Notes under the pieces: generated by a model
Told to the model about the DNA's origin: nothing
Databases searched by the model: none
Seen by the model: the letters and a program-made list of their open reading frames with translations, nothing else
Made by a program: the position numbers and the translations under genes
Source of the DNA: Bdellovibrionota bacterium
GTDB lineage: Bacteria; Bdellovibrionota_C; UBA2361; OMII01
Assembly: GCA_044345405.1 (NCBI GenBank)
Contig: JBIJBE010000002.1
Location: 32,001 to 96,000 of the forward strand
Length of the DNA: 64,000 bases
Direction of reading: 5' to 3'
Shown here: positions 1-9,668 of the stretch, in pieces
How the letters are laid out: the number at the start of each line of letters is the position of its first letter
Numbering within the stretch: position 1 is the first letter of the stretch

Positions 1-2
1 AC

Positions 3-1289
3 TCACTGACCCGAAACTGGGTACGCGAAGCGACAACCTGGTTTCCCCATATCAAGGCCACGGTGTTGTCGGGCGATAAGGCGGAGAAGGCGTGGACCCT
101 TCGACTTCTCACCGAGGGTACGGTGCCGTGTGATGTCTTTGTGACGAACTACGAGGGAGCCCGTCTCGACTACGTAACGCCGGAGCTCGCGGAGGTGGCG
201 TCGAAGAGGAAGACCCTTCTGTGTGTCGACGAGTCGCAACGGGTTAAGAATCACCAAGCGAAAACCTTCAAGGCGCTCTCCTCGATCGCCCCGCATTGCA
301 AGCGGCGTGTGCTGTTAAGCGGAACTCCAACGCCGAAGGATGTAACCGACCTCTGGGCTCAGATGAAGCTTCTCGACGGCGGAAAGCGCTTCGGAAAGAG
401 CTTCTACAAGTGGCTCGGTACGGTCGCTGAGCTCGGAACGGAGTATAGCGAGTTCGCCATAAAGAAGTTCAACGACTACGAGGTGAACGAATCGATCTAC
501 CGGGCGCAGGAGATTATGCTTCGGAGGCGGAAGGAGAAGGTAATCGATCTTCCGGCCAAGACCTTCTCGCTGCGCGAGATCGAGCTAACCGGCTCGCAAC
601 GGGAGCGTTACGACGAGATTCGAGAGGGGCTTATCCTTCGCATGCGGTCGACCTCCGGTGAGCAGTTCGTTCGAGAGATCACCAACATCCTTGAGGAGTA
701 TCTCCGCGCGGTTCAGGTAGCTTCAAATCCCCGCCTTATCGATCCGGAATGGAAGGGCGATCCGGCGAAGTTCCTCGAGCTCGATGAGATCGTCACGGAG
801 GTAGTGCGTGAGCAGGGGCAGAAGATCGTAATCTGGACCAACTATCTCGGCAACATTCGGGAACTGGTCGAGCGTTACAAGGATCTCGGCGCGGCTCCGT
901 TTAGTGGAGAGGTGTCCGCCGCCGATCGCGAAAAGACCGTGCGCGCCTTTCAGAATGAGGATACACCGCGGGTGCTTGTGGCCGTTCCAGCAGCGGGCGG
1001 TGTCGGAATTACCCTCACCGCGGCGCAAACCGCTGTCTATATCGATAAGACATGGAATGCGGAGCACTGGATGCAGTCCGTCGATCGTATTCACCGAATC
1101 GGGCAGCGTGGTACGGTTAACGTAATTTCGCTTCTAAGTTGCAAGGTCGATGAGATGATCCACTGGAACTTGCGGCGCAAGGAGCAAGGGCAGGCAGACG
1201 TGCTTGGAGACAACGGCCCTATCGATCCGAGCGTGCGGGGCGCTCCAACTCGAAAGGAGCTCCTTGAGGCCCTTGAAGTAGATCTCTAA
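3..1289 (+). CDS. SNF2-family (SF2) helicase/ATPase, 5'-truncated by window edge
   Basis: Frame open from nt 3 (SLTRNWVRE, SNF2 motif Ia-like). Motifs VDESQRVKN (Walker B), LSGTP, LRRRKEKVIDLP, GGVGITLTAA, QSVDRIHRIGQ. Confidence 0.92.
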   Translation, partial: SLTRNWVREATTWFPHIKATVLSGDKAEKAWTLRLLTEGTVPCDVFVTNYEGARLDYVTPELAEVASKRKTLLCVDESQRVKNHQAKTFKALSSIAPHCKRRVLLSGTPTPKDVTDLWAQMKLLDGGKRFGKSFYKWLGTVAELGTEYSEFAIKKFNDYEVNESIYRAQEIMLRRRKEKVIDLPAKTFSLREIELTGSQRERYDEIREGLILRMRSTSGEQFVREITNILEEYLRAVQVASNPRLIDPEWKGDPAKFLELDEIVTEVVREQGQKIVIWTNYLGNIRELVERYKDLGAAPFSGEVSAADREKTVRAFQNEDTPRVLVAVPAAGGVGITLTAAQTAVYIDKTWNAEHWMQSVDRIHRIGQRGTVNVISLLSCKVDEMIHWNLRRKEQGQADVLGDNGPIDPSVRGAPTRKELLEALEVDL

Positions 1290-1355
1290 ATCGGTGAGGA
1301 TTGCACACAAACCGCTGTGCGCCACGGGATGTGGTGACTGCCATCGGATATTCGT

Positions 1356-2030
1356 ATGACTCAACAACCTGCTCAGAAACGTGGATTTGGATGTCTCGGC
1401 TACGGCTGTATCATCGCGGTGGTGCTGATCGTCCTTACGATTGGGGGGATCTTCCTCCTAGCTCGCTCCGCGATGCGGGGTGCTGTTGAGCGGTTTACCA
1501 CGGAACAACCATTGGTGGTGCCTACCGTGGCGCTTGACGAGAACGCTCGGGCGTCCTTTGCCGCGAAGTTTGACGACTTAAAGCGGGTGATGAACGACCC
1601 TCGCGGAGGTGGAGAGTTTGTTCTTTCACAGGCTGAGCTCACCGGACTTCTCGCCGATACGCCCTTTAACGGCAAGGTCTTCGTTGAGCTTCAAGGGGAG
1701 TCCGTTGGAGCGACCTTCTCATTTCCCCTCAACGCGCTCGGTCAGTGGGACGCTGCGAAGCCTATTATTGGAGACTACCTCAATAGATACGCCACCGGCT
1801 CAGCGAGAGCGAAGGTCACCGTGGCTGACGGAGTGGCTGCTGTTACCTTCGAGGATCTTGTTCTGAACGGTCAGGTTTTTGATGGGGATGCCCTTAAGGA
1901 GGCAAGCGAGTGGGTTACAGGCTTTGTGAACTCTGAAGGGGAGGACCCGAAGGAGCGAAGGGAGCGTGCTCGTATCCAGTCGGCCCGGATTGAGAACGGT
2001 ACGGCCGTCGTTCGGGTAAGGCCGGAGTAG
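1356..2030 (+). CDS. Hypothetical single-pass membrane protein
   Basis: 224-aa ORF. N-terminal KRGFGCLGYGC followed by a hydrophobic TM helix, then a soluble domain. Confidence 0.75.
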   Translation: MTQQPAQKRGFGCLGYGCIIAVVLIVLTIGGIFLLARSAMRGAVERFTTEQPLVVPTVALDENARASFAAKFDDLKRVMNDPRGGGEFVLSQAELTGLLADTPFNGKVFVELQGESVGATFSFPLNALGQWDAAKPIIGDYLNRYATGSARAKVTVADGVAAVTFEDLVLNGQVFDGDALKEASEWVTGFVNSEGEDPKERRERARIQSARIENGTAVVRVRPE

Positions 2031-2090
2031 GGGGTTCCCCTACTGTCGAAGGGGTGGGAGTCCTCGGGTATCCACGGAGGACTCGGCCCG

Positions 2091-2140
2091 GTGACAGCTA
2101 AGCACACCTAAGTACAGCTAGTTATACCTAGTGACACCTG
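2091..2140. repeat. Five degenerate tandem 10-bp direct repeats
   Basis: gtgacagcta/agcacaccta/agtacagcta/gttataccta/gtgacacctg in exact 10-bp phase. Confidence 0.75.
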
Positions 2141-2164
2141 TCGGAAATTATTCTGATTGGTAGG

Positions 2165-2284
2165 CGTCATCCTTTCGCGCCTCCTCCATATCCTCAACAG
2201 GTAGTCTTCCGTTTCCCTGAAGCATTTCCCTTATTTGGGCGGAAAGGAGGACGTACCATGAGAGGGCACACAGCTCTCACGTAG
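2165..2284 (+). promoter_or_regulatory. Structured leader: anti-SD/SD stem plus 8-aa uORF (MRGHTALT, 2258-2284)
   Basis: cgtcatcctttcgcgcc (2165-2181) is nearly complementary to ggcggaaaggaggacg (2238-2253). AAAGGAGG lies 7 nt before ATG 2258; TAG at 2282. Confidence 0.5.
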
Positions 2285-2299
2285 GTTGCGAGGCGGTCA

Positions 2300-5200
2300 G
2301 TGGCAGAAACGAAACTCGATCCGAAACACGATCCTTCAACGGAGGCTGCGAAAGCGGACAAGCTATCTCCAAAGGAGTTGGCCGCGCTGCAGAAGGAGCT
2401 CGCACAACGAAACCTCCAGATGATGCCCCATGAGCTGGACGAGCTCCTTGCGCAGACAACCGCACGAAATCAAGATCAGCGACAGGAGCAACAGCTCTAC
2501 GCCTCAACGTGGGGTGGGGCAGCCGGCGTTATCGCCGCTCTGATCAAGGTGACGGATGCGGAGCGTGACGTCTCACGACGCAAAGCTCTTGAAGCGATGC
2601 AGGCGGAGATGTTTGAGCTACTCGCCAAGGAGAAGAAAAAAGACGCCCTCCGAAACTCTCCGTTCTTCAAACAACTCGTGTCGATCCTTGGCCACGACAC
2701 CGCGGAATCGATCACCCAAAAGCTTGAGCAGGCTGGTTCCGCATCCGCGAGCGGTCTTCAAGCGAACCAAGCCGCCATTGCGCAGGCGTCCAAGGATATC
2801 GCGGCTCTTCTTGAGAAGAATCAAGCCATTCTCGGCCTTCGCGTCTCCGGGGAAACTCTTGCTGGAATTCTCGAGAGCGAGATCGCGCATGGTATCTCGA
2901 AGGTTCCTAGGCCGGTGACCCCGACACTCTCACTCGTCAAGCCTGAGGAGTCTCTGGCGACCCGCACGCACGAGTTGATGAAAGGTCTTGAACGGGGCGA
3001 TGAGCGACTCGCTCGTCTCCAGGCCCTTCGTTCCGAACTCGGTCCCGAGAAATTCACGGCGATGGTTGACGCCTACGACCAGAAGTACGGAATTCCGCTC
3101 GTCGCGCATGTGGCGAACCTTTCGACCTCAAATCCGTCGTTCCAAGCCGATATGATGCGTGAGACCCTCGCGCTCCTCTCCGCCGCGCAGCAGGAACGGC
3201 TTCTCGATTTCGGGCGGGCCGAGTACGCGCAGACCATGGCGGTACTCGATAAGCGCCGAGAGATAGCCAAGGACAGTCTCCGCGATGTAACCGCTGAGAT
3301 CTGCAAAACCGAGAAGGTACTCGCCGAGTCTATCGGCCGCCCCGAGCTGGCGTACCTTCCGGAGGGAGCGGTGAGAGGTAAAGTTCTTGAGGAGCTCCGC
3401 GTTCGCTTTCCGGAGCTTGCGGGTAAGAGCTGGGATGAAACCTACCTACGCCTCAAAGAGGTTGCGGGGCAGTCCGATCCGGCCGCGCTCGGCGACCACC
3501 TTCGAGCGCTTCTTGGTGGTAAGGAGGTTACCGACCCAGAGGCTCTCCGTGATGTAATCGCGCGAGCTACCCTTCAGATGCAGATGTTGGCGGTGCTCGA
3601 CCAGCAGGTAGAGGTCTTCAAAAATATCTTGTCGACCAACGAAACCGGTGATGAGGCGAAACTTCGAGCGCACTACACAACGGCGTACGGCGCCGAGGCG
3701 ACTGCGAACGACGCCACCTACCAGGCGCTCAAAAAGGTCGCGGACAGTCACATCGACAATCTGCACCGCCGGATCTCAGATCCTTCACTAGGAACAGACG
3801 AGCGCGCGGCTCTTATCCGGGAGCGAGACGCACTCGAATTTTTAAGCGTAAAGAAGCTTGCGTCACAGGCTCTTCACGGGGGCGAGACCCCAGACGCAGA
3901 GGGTGCTTTAGCGATTCTCAGGGATTTCGCGGTAGCCTACGCGGACACTCCAGCTCGCCGAAGCGAGGCGTTTCGAAGCGCGTGCGACCACCTCATAACT
4001 TCTATTGAGAGCGCCGATACGTTACGGAAGGAGTGGCTCGGCCTCGATGTCACTCAGTTTGGCAACGTCGAGTTCAAGAAGCCTACCGGAAGAGAGCTTG
4101 TCTCCTGTATCGATGGCCGTCCCGCCCGAATGGACGAGATGCGTCTGCGTGAGAGGCTTGCCGAGCTCGACACAACTAAGAGCGCTTTCGGCAGCTCTAC
4201 GGACCCGCTCGACCGTCTTATCGCGAGCGGAGCGCCCCTTGCTAAGAATGGTCTCGCCGTCACGAAGCAGACACAGCTTGAGGTGTTGCGAGCGCAGCGA
4301 CAAGCCGCCCTCTCCACGAATTTTTTCGGCCACATACTCGAAGGCTCCAGCCAGTACGTGGGAGTCCAGGCGCCCCTCGCGACGATAGACTCAAAGGGCG
4401 CGAGTTCCAAGGCGAAGGAATCCTTTGACAGGATCGGAGCGGCAACGTCGGCGTTAGACGAAGCCAGCGGAAAGCTTACCAAGGAGCTCTCGGCTCTGGA
4501 GTCCGGCCCTCAAAGCGCGTTTCTATCGAGCGCAACGCAGCGCGCGCTCTCGTCAGGCCTCTCAAAAGGGGTATGCGCTAAGCTCAACGCTTCAAGCGCC
4601 GCTGAGGCGGTTTCGAAGTTCGTTCGAGATCTCGACCCCGTTGAAGACCTTCCTGTCGATCGAGAGGTGCTCGACGCCGTTCGAAAGGTGGTTCCGCCGG
4701 AGTCAGAGATCGGCAAGGCTATGACCGCCGTTGGAAGTGGGTCGCACCAGCCCCTGCAGGAGTTTCAGTCTATCAAGGCCCGCCTCGACCCTACAAACGC
4801 CCTGCGATTCGACATCTTGGTGGCGAAGGAAACCGACGCCGTAGCGCGGGGAAATTCGAGCGTCGTATCTAGTATCGTTGGGGAGATCCTCAATCGAGAC
4901 CCGAAGGATCTCTTCACATCATCAATAGAAGCGCGTGAGCATGCGAGACTTTCGCGAATTGAACGCCTCCTTGGAGCCCTCACAGACGAAGAGCATCGCG
5001 ACTTCTTAAGGTTCTTTGAAGCGACAACCCAACGCTCGCTGGGCCAGGCTCTGATCGCGAACCTTCCAGCGGACGGTTCACGCAAGGATCTGCTTCTACG
5101 TCTCGCGGGGTCTCGCGCCGCGACCTCCCAGGATCTTCAACGGTTCTACACCGAACCGGTTCCGGGCGACCGCGGCGCTCGAGTTGCGGCGCTCTCGCGA

Positions 5201-8200
5201 GCGCTCGGTGCTGATGCGCAACGTCCGGCCGTGAAGGTCGACGAGGTCCGTCAAACAGCGCAAGGGTACGCATATCAATACTCGAGCCTGCGGGAAGCGG
5301 TGAAGGTAGCCATGGGGCAGGGCGATGTCGCGCTCGTTGGAGAGATCTCCGACAAGATGCGCGCGATAGAAGCCCGTATGAGTGGCACGATAACGAAAAC
5401 CGTCGCGCAACTTGACGCGAGCTACGTCGCGCGGGCCGGTATTCGAGATCGACTTCAGGCTGTTCAGGAGGAGATCTTCCAGGACGAACTTACGCGCTAC
5501 GTGCCGGGAAGACCGGACATCGCCGCACTTGCCAAGGGCACCGCCGAGCTCCTTCGCTCGACCACGCCAAAGACCGATGCCGCGTTCAATAGGATTCGTC
5601 AAGCGAACTTGACTGAGGAAGAAGCGCTCCACCTCAGAGCGCTCTATGGTCGAGAGTCAAAGCAGGCCTCAACGCTCCTTGAGAGGCGTGCCCTTACAGG
5701 GGACCTCCGGAGGGATCTTGAGCCTCTTGCGCGACCGGGTGTCGAAGAGCAGGAGCGGATCTCGTTTCTCGTAAAAGGTGGTCAAGAGTCCCTGCGAGAA
5801 GCCGATAAACGAACCCTCGCCATAGCCGAGCGAGAACAGAACGAAAAGCGCCAACTTGAGACCCTCTCGAATCTTCGAGCCAGTGGCCACTACGACAAAG
5901 TAAAAGATCAGGTCTCCGCCATGAAGCTCACTCCCGCCGCGCAGGAGTATCATAAGGCGGTGGTGTCCGGTGATACCAAGAAGGCCGACGCTGCGGACCT
6001 CGCCATCAAAGCGAAGAACGGTGATGTAAAGCCCCAAGAGGTGGCAAGCTTCCTTAAAGATAAGTCACCAGCGGAACTTGAGCAGATCAAGAAGGACCAT
6101 CCAACCCTTGCCAAGGATCTTGCGGCAAGCAATTCGTTCCTTACTGAGCAACAGTACGCCCAACTGATGAGCAATATCGCGCTCGAGCGACAGCGAGCGC
6201 TCGAGCAGGCCATGCTTAAATCTCTCACTGACCCGAATGCCTTCGCGGCATGGCTTGATGTCCAGGGCTCAAGGGAGCAGAAGCACGAGATGCTCCGGAA
6301 TCTCGAGGCTCTCATCGAGAAACAGCCTCACGCCCCAACGTTCGTTGCGGGTGGCGAGTCCAAGATCGTTCAGTATGTCCGCGCGCAACGAACGGACTTT
6401 CGCGAGATCGACGCGCACCTCATCAAGAATATCATAGCGAGCCGTCTTGGAGAGACTCAGTCTCTTAACGATAAGACCGTGACCGATCTGCTTACTCTGC
6501 GAGCAGAGGCGGTTCGGCGCATGACGACCTTGGACGCGTTCGATCAACCACGACGAACGATTTACAACGCCGCCAACGAGAATCTTCTGGAGAAGCGCAG
6601 GTACCTTGCTGAGGCCCAGGCCGATCAGGATAGGCGGTGGGTGTCCGCTGGTAAGTACGATAACGTGATTGCGCTCTCAAAAGCGCGCATCACTGAGCAA
6701 GATGCGCTCGTTCGGCCGATGTCGGCGGGCATTCGAGATATCGATACGAGCCGAGAGCTGGTTCGGTATGCCTTTGCCTTGATGGCGAAGGACGCGGTAG
6801 CCCAAGTTGATAAGGGGCTGCGACCGGAGGTTACCGATAGCGTGACGACGCTTCTCACGCAGCGGGATCAAAAGATTCAGTACAAGGTGACGGACGACAA
6901 GAGGGACGCTGAATGGATCGCATCTGTGAAATCAACCTCAGAGGCGATTCAGAGTTTCGACAAGTGGTCCACCATTGGCTTGGGAACCGCAAAGGTGTTG
7001 ACCACCGTCGCCGCTGGTATCTTCTTTAGCCCGGCGGCTGGTTTGGCGGTCGCCACAGCGTGGAACGTGGGAGATAAGGTCTACCGAGGTGTTGTAGGAA
7101 AGGAATCTATTAAGTCCTTGGCTAAATCGTTCGCCTTGGAGTTAGCTATCGATACCGCGTTTGCGGCACTTTCATCGCTGAAGACGACAACAGTTACCCT
7201 AGCTGGCGGTAGTGCAGTTAAGGATACCGCTGCTCAGGGATTAAAGCTTAGTAAGCGGGTGTGGGAGTTCAAGCCAAACGTATCAATCCTTAAGCCGCAC
7301 TCGATCAAGGAGGTTACGAAAGATCGCGGGGAGCTCGTTCACTCATCCCTCCTTGTTGGAGTTTCGAAGGAACAAGCCAAAGAAACCTTTGGTAAGCATA
7401 TTGTTATTCAAAAGCTTGGGGAAAAATACTTCCAACAACTTTCGGAAAAAGTGCCTGACGCGTTGCTAAGATCAAATTGGGCGCAGATACATGTTGGCAG
7501 GTTCGTTCCCTTCATCATGCCTACGTCTGTGCCTTCAACTCCAACAAAAACGCCACCAGCGGTGGAGAAGAAGGTGGATGACGATAGCGCGGGGCGAAAG
7601 AAAGTTGCGGAGCAGAGTCTTCAAGCTGTGCCGCCAGACAAGAAGCCCAAAGTGGTGGTGGACGATATCCTTGGTGTAACCAAGCCACCTAAAGAGGGGT
7701 CGAGCCCCACAGCACCCGCTCAGGTACCTACACCAGCTCTTGAGTTGACCCTTGCGATTAACCCCGCCCTTCTTCGAGAGATCGAGGCAAAGCTGGCGTT
7801 GTCACCGAACGCAGAGGTTCAAAAAGCGGTGGATGACCTGAATTCGTTCATGTCTCAACCAACGGCTTCGAACGTTGAGGGCGAGGAGCGGCTCCGCGGG
7901 CTGCAAAACGCTCTCAATCAATGGGCGCCGTATCCAGAACTGAGCAGCGCGCTGGATAAGCTTCTGACAGGAACCAATCCGTTTTTGGCCTTTTTGAACG
8001 CTCCAACGACCGGTTTTGCCGCAGCGGCACCGCCGCCGCAGCCACCACCACCACAGGCGCCACCTCCACCACCGCCGAAAGACCCCGGAAATTCGCCGGG
8101 TTCAGGGGGTGGAGGAATGCCGGGTCCGGTCCTCGTCAGTAATCCGATAGTGCGAGGGGACCAGCAAGGTACTCCGCGTCTCGATGGCACTGCCGATGAT

Positions 8201-9529
8201 GTTCGCGTGGTTGTGGCAGACCTCAACCGCGCCTCGCTCGGTGTGGCTTCACCACGGAGTGAGTTGCAGGGCGCGACGATGCAGGAGGCGCTCGCTCGTG
8301 CTACTCCGCATCAGGTGCAGGAGGCTAGGCTCCTGCCACACCCTCAGGTAAAGCTTCACGCTCAACCAACCTCGAGCTACGTAGCGGTAAACCACGATCT
8401 GCTCCTTGCTGAACAGCGAGCGAAGGTCATTGAGGCGTTGCGGACTCGGACTGCAGAAGCCGAGGTCGGGAAGCGAGATGAGGAGGCGCGTACCGAGTCC
8501 ATCGCCCAGCGTGAGGTCGTTCCTGTAGAAACTCGTAAGAACCAAAAGGCGGCCATTAAGGAGGACGAGCATGAGGTCTCCGTCGCCCTTAAGGATAGTG
8601 AGCCGCGCGGTGGTCGAAGATTTGCACCAGGTGAAGGGGCGCCACGAATGGTGGAGAGAGAACCTTCTCGGAGTGACGTTGCTCTAACGAGGGACCGTTC
8701 TACAGTGGGAGCGTCGGGAGAGGAAAGACTCGAGGCAACGGTCGCTCGGGAGGGGAAGGACTCTACTAGTCCAACATTGAAGAGCGCTCCGACGGCACAC
8801 AACGAGGGCTTAGCTGAACCCCAAGTAGTGGGCGAATCGCGGGACGATATGCGCGACATCCCAAACTTGAAGACGGAAAATCCGAGAGCTCCGTACGCTG
8901 TGAATAGTTTGGTAGTGGAGGCTGAGAGCAGTTCTGCGCACGCACCGAGCGCGGAAACCTCTAAGGTGGTGTTCGTCTCTCGGCCGCACGTGAGTCTCAC
9001 ACCCGTGGAAACGCCGGCTGCCAGCACCGTTTCATCAGTACATGAGGCTCCATGGGCAGCTTACGGAAAGGAAGAGCTCTCCTCGCCCGTTCATAACGAC
9101 GACCTGGAAGCACTGGAGAGTGACATCACGGTGGCCGCGCCATCAAAGAGCGGGCGAAAGCTTCGCAGGGGAGACGATGCTCGCATGCGCAACCTCCTTC
9201 TTCAACAACTCATGGATCAGCACACCACCAAGGCGCGCCGCGAGAAGATCTTGAAGGCGCTCATCGCCCTTGGCATCTCCGAGGTTGAGTACCGAAAGCT
9301 CCTCCTGAAGCTTGGAGAGATGGATGCGGCGCGACTTGCTGAACAGGTGGCCGCGCGGAGCAAGATGGCCGAGCCGATCGCGATGACGGTCGAGGCGCCG
9401 GCGATGAAGGACTCCTCTCCGGAGGTGTCAGGAAAAGCTGAAAACGCGCCGGTTGAAAGTCGGCCCCAGACCTCCCGTGCGGCGCTCTATAAACGCCTGA
9501 AAGAGGAAGCAACGACCGCCCGGAAGTAG
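2300..9529 (+). CDS. Giant 2409-aa hypothetical protein (helical/coiled-coil, annexin-like repeats, hydrophobic hairpin, poly-Pro linker)
   Basis: Uninterrupted 7.2-kb ORF with GTG start after gaggcgg. Domain interpretation is by eye only. Confidence 0.85.
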   Translation: MAETKLDPKHDPSTEAAKADKLSPKELAALQKELAQRNLQMMPHELDELLAQTTARNQDQRQEQQLYASTWGGAAGVIAALIKVTDAERDVSRRKALEAMQAEMFELLAKEKKKDALRNSPFFKQLVSILGHDTAESITQKLEQAGSASASGLQANQAAIAQASKDIAALLEKNQAILGLRVSGETLAGILESEIAHGISKVPRPVTPTLSLVKPEESLATRTHELMKGLERGDERLARLQALRSELGPEKFTAMVDAYDQKYGIPLVAHVANLSTSNPSFQADMMRETLALLSAAQQERLLDFGRAEYAQTMAVLDKRREIAKDSLRDVTAEICKTEKVLAESIGRPELAYLPEGAVRGKVLEELRVRFPELAGKSWDETYLRLKEVAGQSDPAALGDHLRALLGGKEVTDPEALRDVIARATLQMQMLAVLDQQVEVFKNILSTNETGDEAKLRAHYTTAYGAEATANDATYQALKKVADSHIDNLHRRISDPSLGTDERAALIRERDALEFLSVKKLASQALHGGETPDAEGALAILRDFAVAYADTPARRSEAFRSACDHLITSIESADTLRKEWLGLDVTQFGNVEFKKPTGRELVSCIDGRPARMDEMRLRERLAELDTTKSAFGSSTDPLDRLIASGAPLAKNGLAVTKQTQLEVLRAQRQAALSTNFFGHILEGSSQYVGVQAPLATIDSKGASSKAKESFDRIGAATSALDEASGKLTKELSALESGPQSAFLSSATQRALSSGLSKGVCAKLNASSAAEAVSKFVRDLDPVEDLPVDREVLDAVRKVVPPESEIGKAMTAVGSGSHQPLQEFQSIKARLDPTNALRFDILVAKETDAVARGNSSVVSSIVGEILNRDPKDLFTSSIEAREHARLSRIERLLGALTDEEHRDFLRFFEATTQRSLGQALIANLPADGSRKDLLLRLAGSRAATSQDLQRFYTEPVPGDRGARVAALSRALGADAQRPAVKVDEVRQTAQGYAYQYSSLREAVKVAMGQGDVALVGEISDKMRAIEARMSGTITKTVAQLDASYVARAGIRDRLQAVQEEIFQDELTRYVPGRPDIAALAKGTAELLRSTTPKTDAAFNRIRQANLTEEEALHLRALYGRESKQASTLLERRALTGDLRRDLEPLARPGVEEQERISFLVKGGQESLREADKRTLAIAEREQNEKRQLETLSNLRASGHYDKVKDQVSAMKLTPAAQEYHKAVVSGDTKKADAADLAIKAKNGDVKPQEVASFLKDKSPAELEQIKKDHPTLAKDLAASNSFLTEQQYAQLMSNIALERQRALEQAMLKSLTDPNAFAAWLDVQGSREQKHEMLRNLEALIEKQPHAPTFVAGGESKIVQYVRAQRTDFREIDAHLIKNIIASRLGETQSLNDKTVTDLLTLRAEAVRRMTTLDAFDQPRRTIYNAANENLLEKRRYLAEAQADQDRRWVSAGKYDNVIALSKARITEQDALVRPMSAGIRDIDTSRELVRYAFALMAKDAVAQVDKGLRPEVTDSVTTLLTQRDQKIQYKVTDDKRDAEWIASVKSTSEAIQSFDKWSTIGLGTAKVLTTVAAGIFFSPAAGLAVATAWNVGDKVYRGVVGKESIKSLAKSFALELAIDTAFAALSSLKTTTVTLAGGSAVKDTAAQGLKLSKRVWEFKPNVSILKPHSIKEVTKDRGELVHSSLLVGVSKEQAKETFGKHIVIQKLGEKYFQQLSEKVPDALLRSNWAQIHVGRFVPFIMPTSVPSTPTKTPPAVEKKVDDDSAGRKKVAEQSLQAVPPDKKPKVVVDDILGVTKPPKEGSSPTAPAQVPTPALELTLAINPALLREIEAKLALSPNAEVQKAVDDLNSFMSQPTASNVEGEERLRGLQNALNQWAPYPELSSALDKLLTGTNPFLAFLNAPTTGFAAAAPPPQPPPPQAPPPPPPKDPGNSPGSGGGGMPGPVLVSNPIVRGDQQGTPRLDGTADDVRVVVADLNRASLGVASPRSELQGATMQEALARATPHQVQEARLLPHPQVKLHAQPTSSYVAVNHDLLLAEQRAKVIEALRTRTAEAEVGKRDEEARTESIAQREVVPVETRKNQKAAIKEDEHEVSVALKDSEPRGGRRFAPGEGAPRMVEREPSRSDVALTRDRSTVGASGEERLEATVAREGKDSTSPTLKSAPTAHNEGLAEPQVVGESRDDMRDIPNLKTENPRAPYAVNSLVVEAESSSAHAPSAETSKVVFVSRPHVSLTPVETPAASTVSSVHEAPWAAYGKEELSSPVHNDDLEALESDITVAAPSKSGRKLRRGDDARMRNLLLQQLMDQHTTKARREKILKALIALGISEVEYRKLLLKLGEMDAARLAEQVAARSKMAEPIAMTVEAPAMKDSSPEVSGKAENAPVESRPQTSRAALYKRLKEEATTARK

Positions 9530-9619
9530 GGAAGCTTCACCAGGATCACCTAACCTATTGGAATGAGGTGCCGCTCAATCCCTTTTGCTCTGCCCAGAGC
9601 GCTCTTTTCAACTTATAAA

Positions 9620-9638
9620 ATCGGGACGTTATCCCGAT
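9620..9638. promoter_or_regulatory. Perfect-arm palindrome, candidate operator of the hydrolase/acyl-CoA dehydrogenase operon
   Basis: ATCGGGA-cgtta-TCCCGAT about 30 nt upstream of the probable TTG start at 9669. Confidence 0.4.
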
Positions 9639-9668
9639 ACATCAAAAGAGATACGAGGGAAGGGGAGC

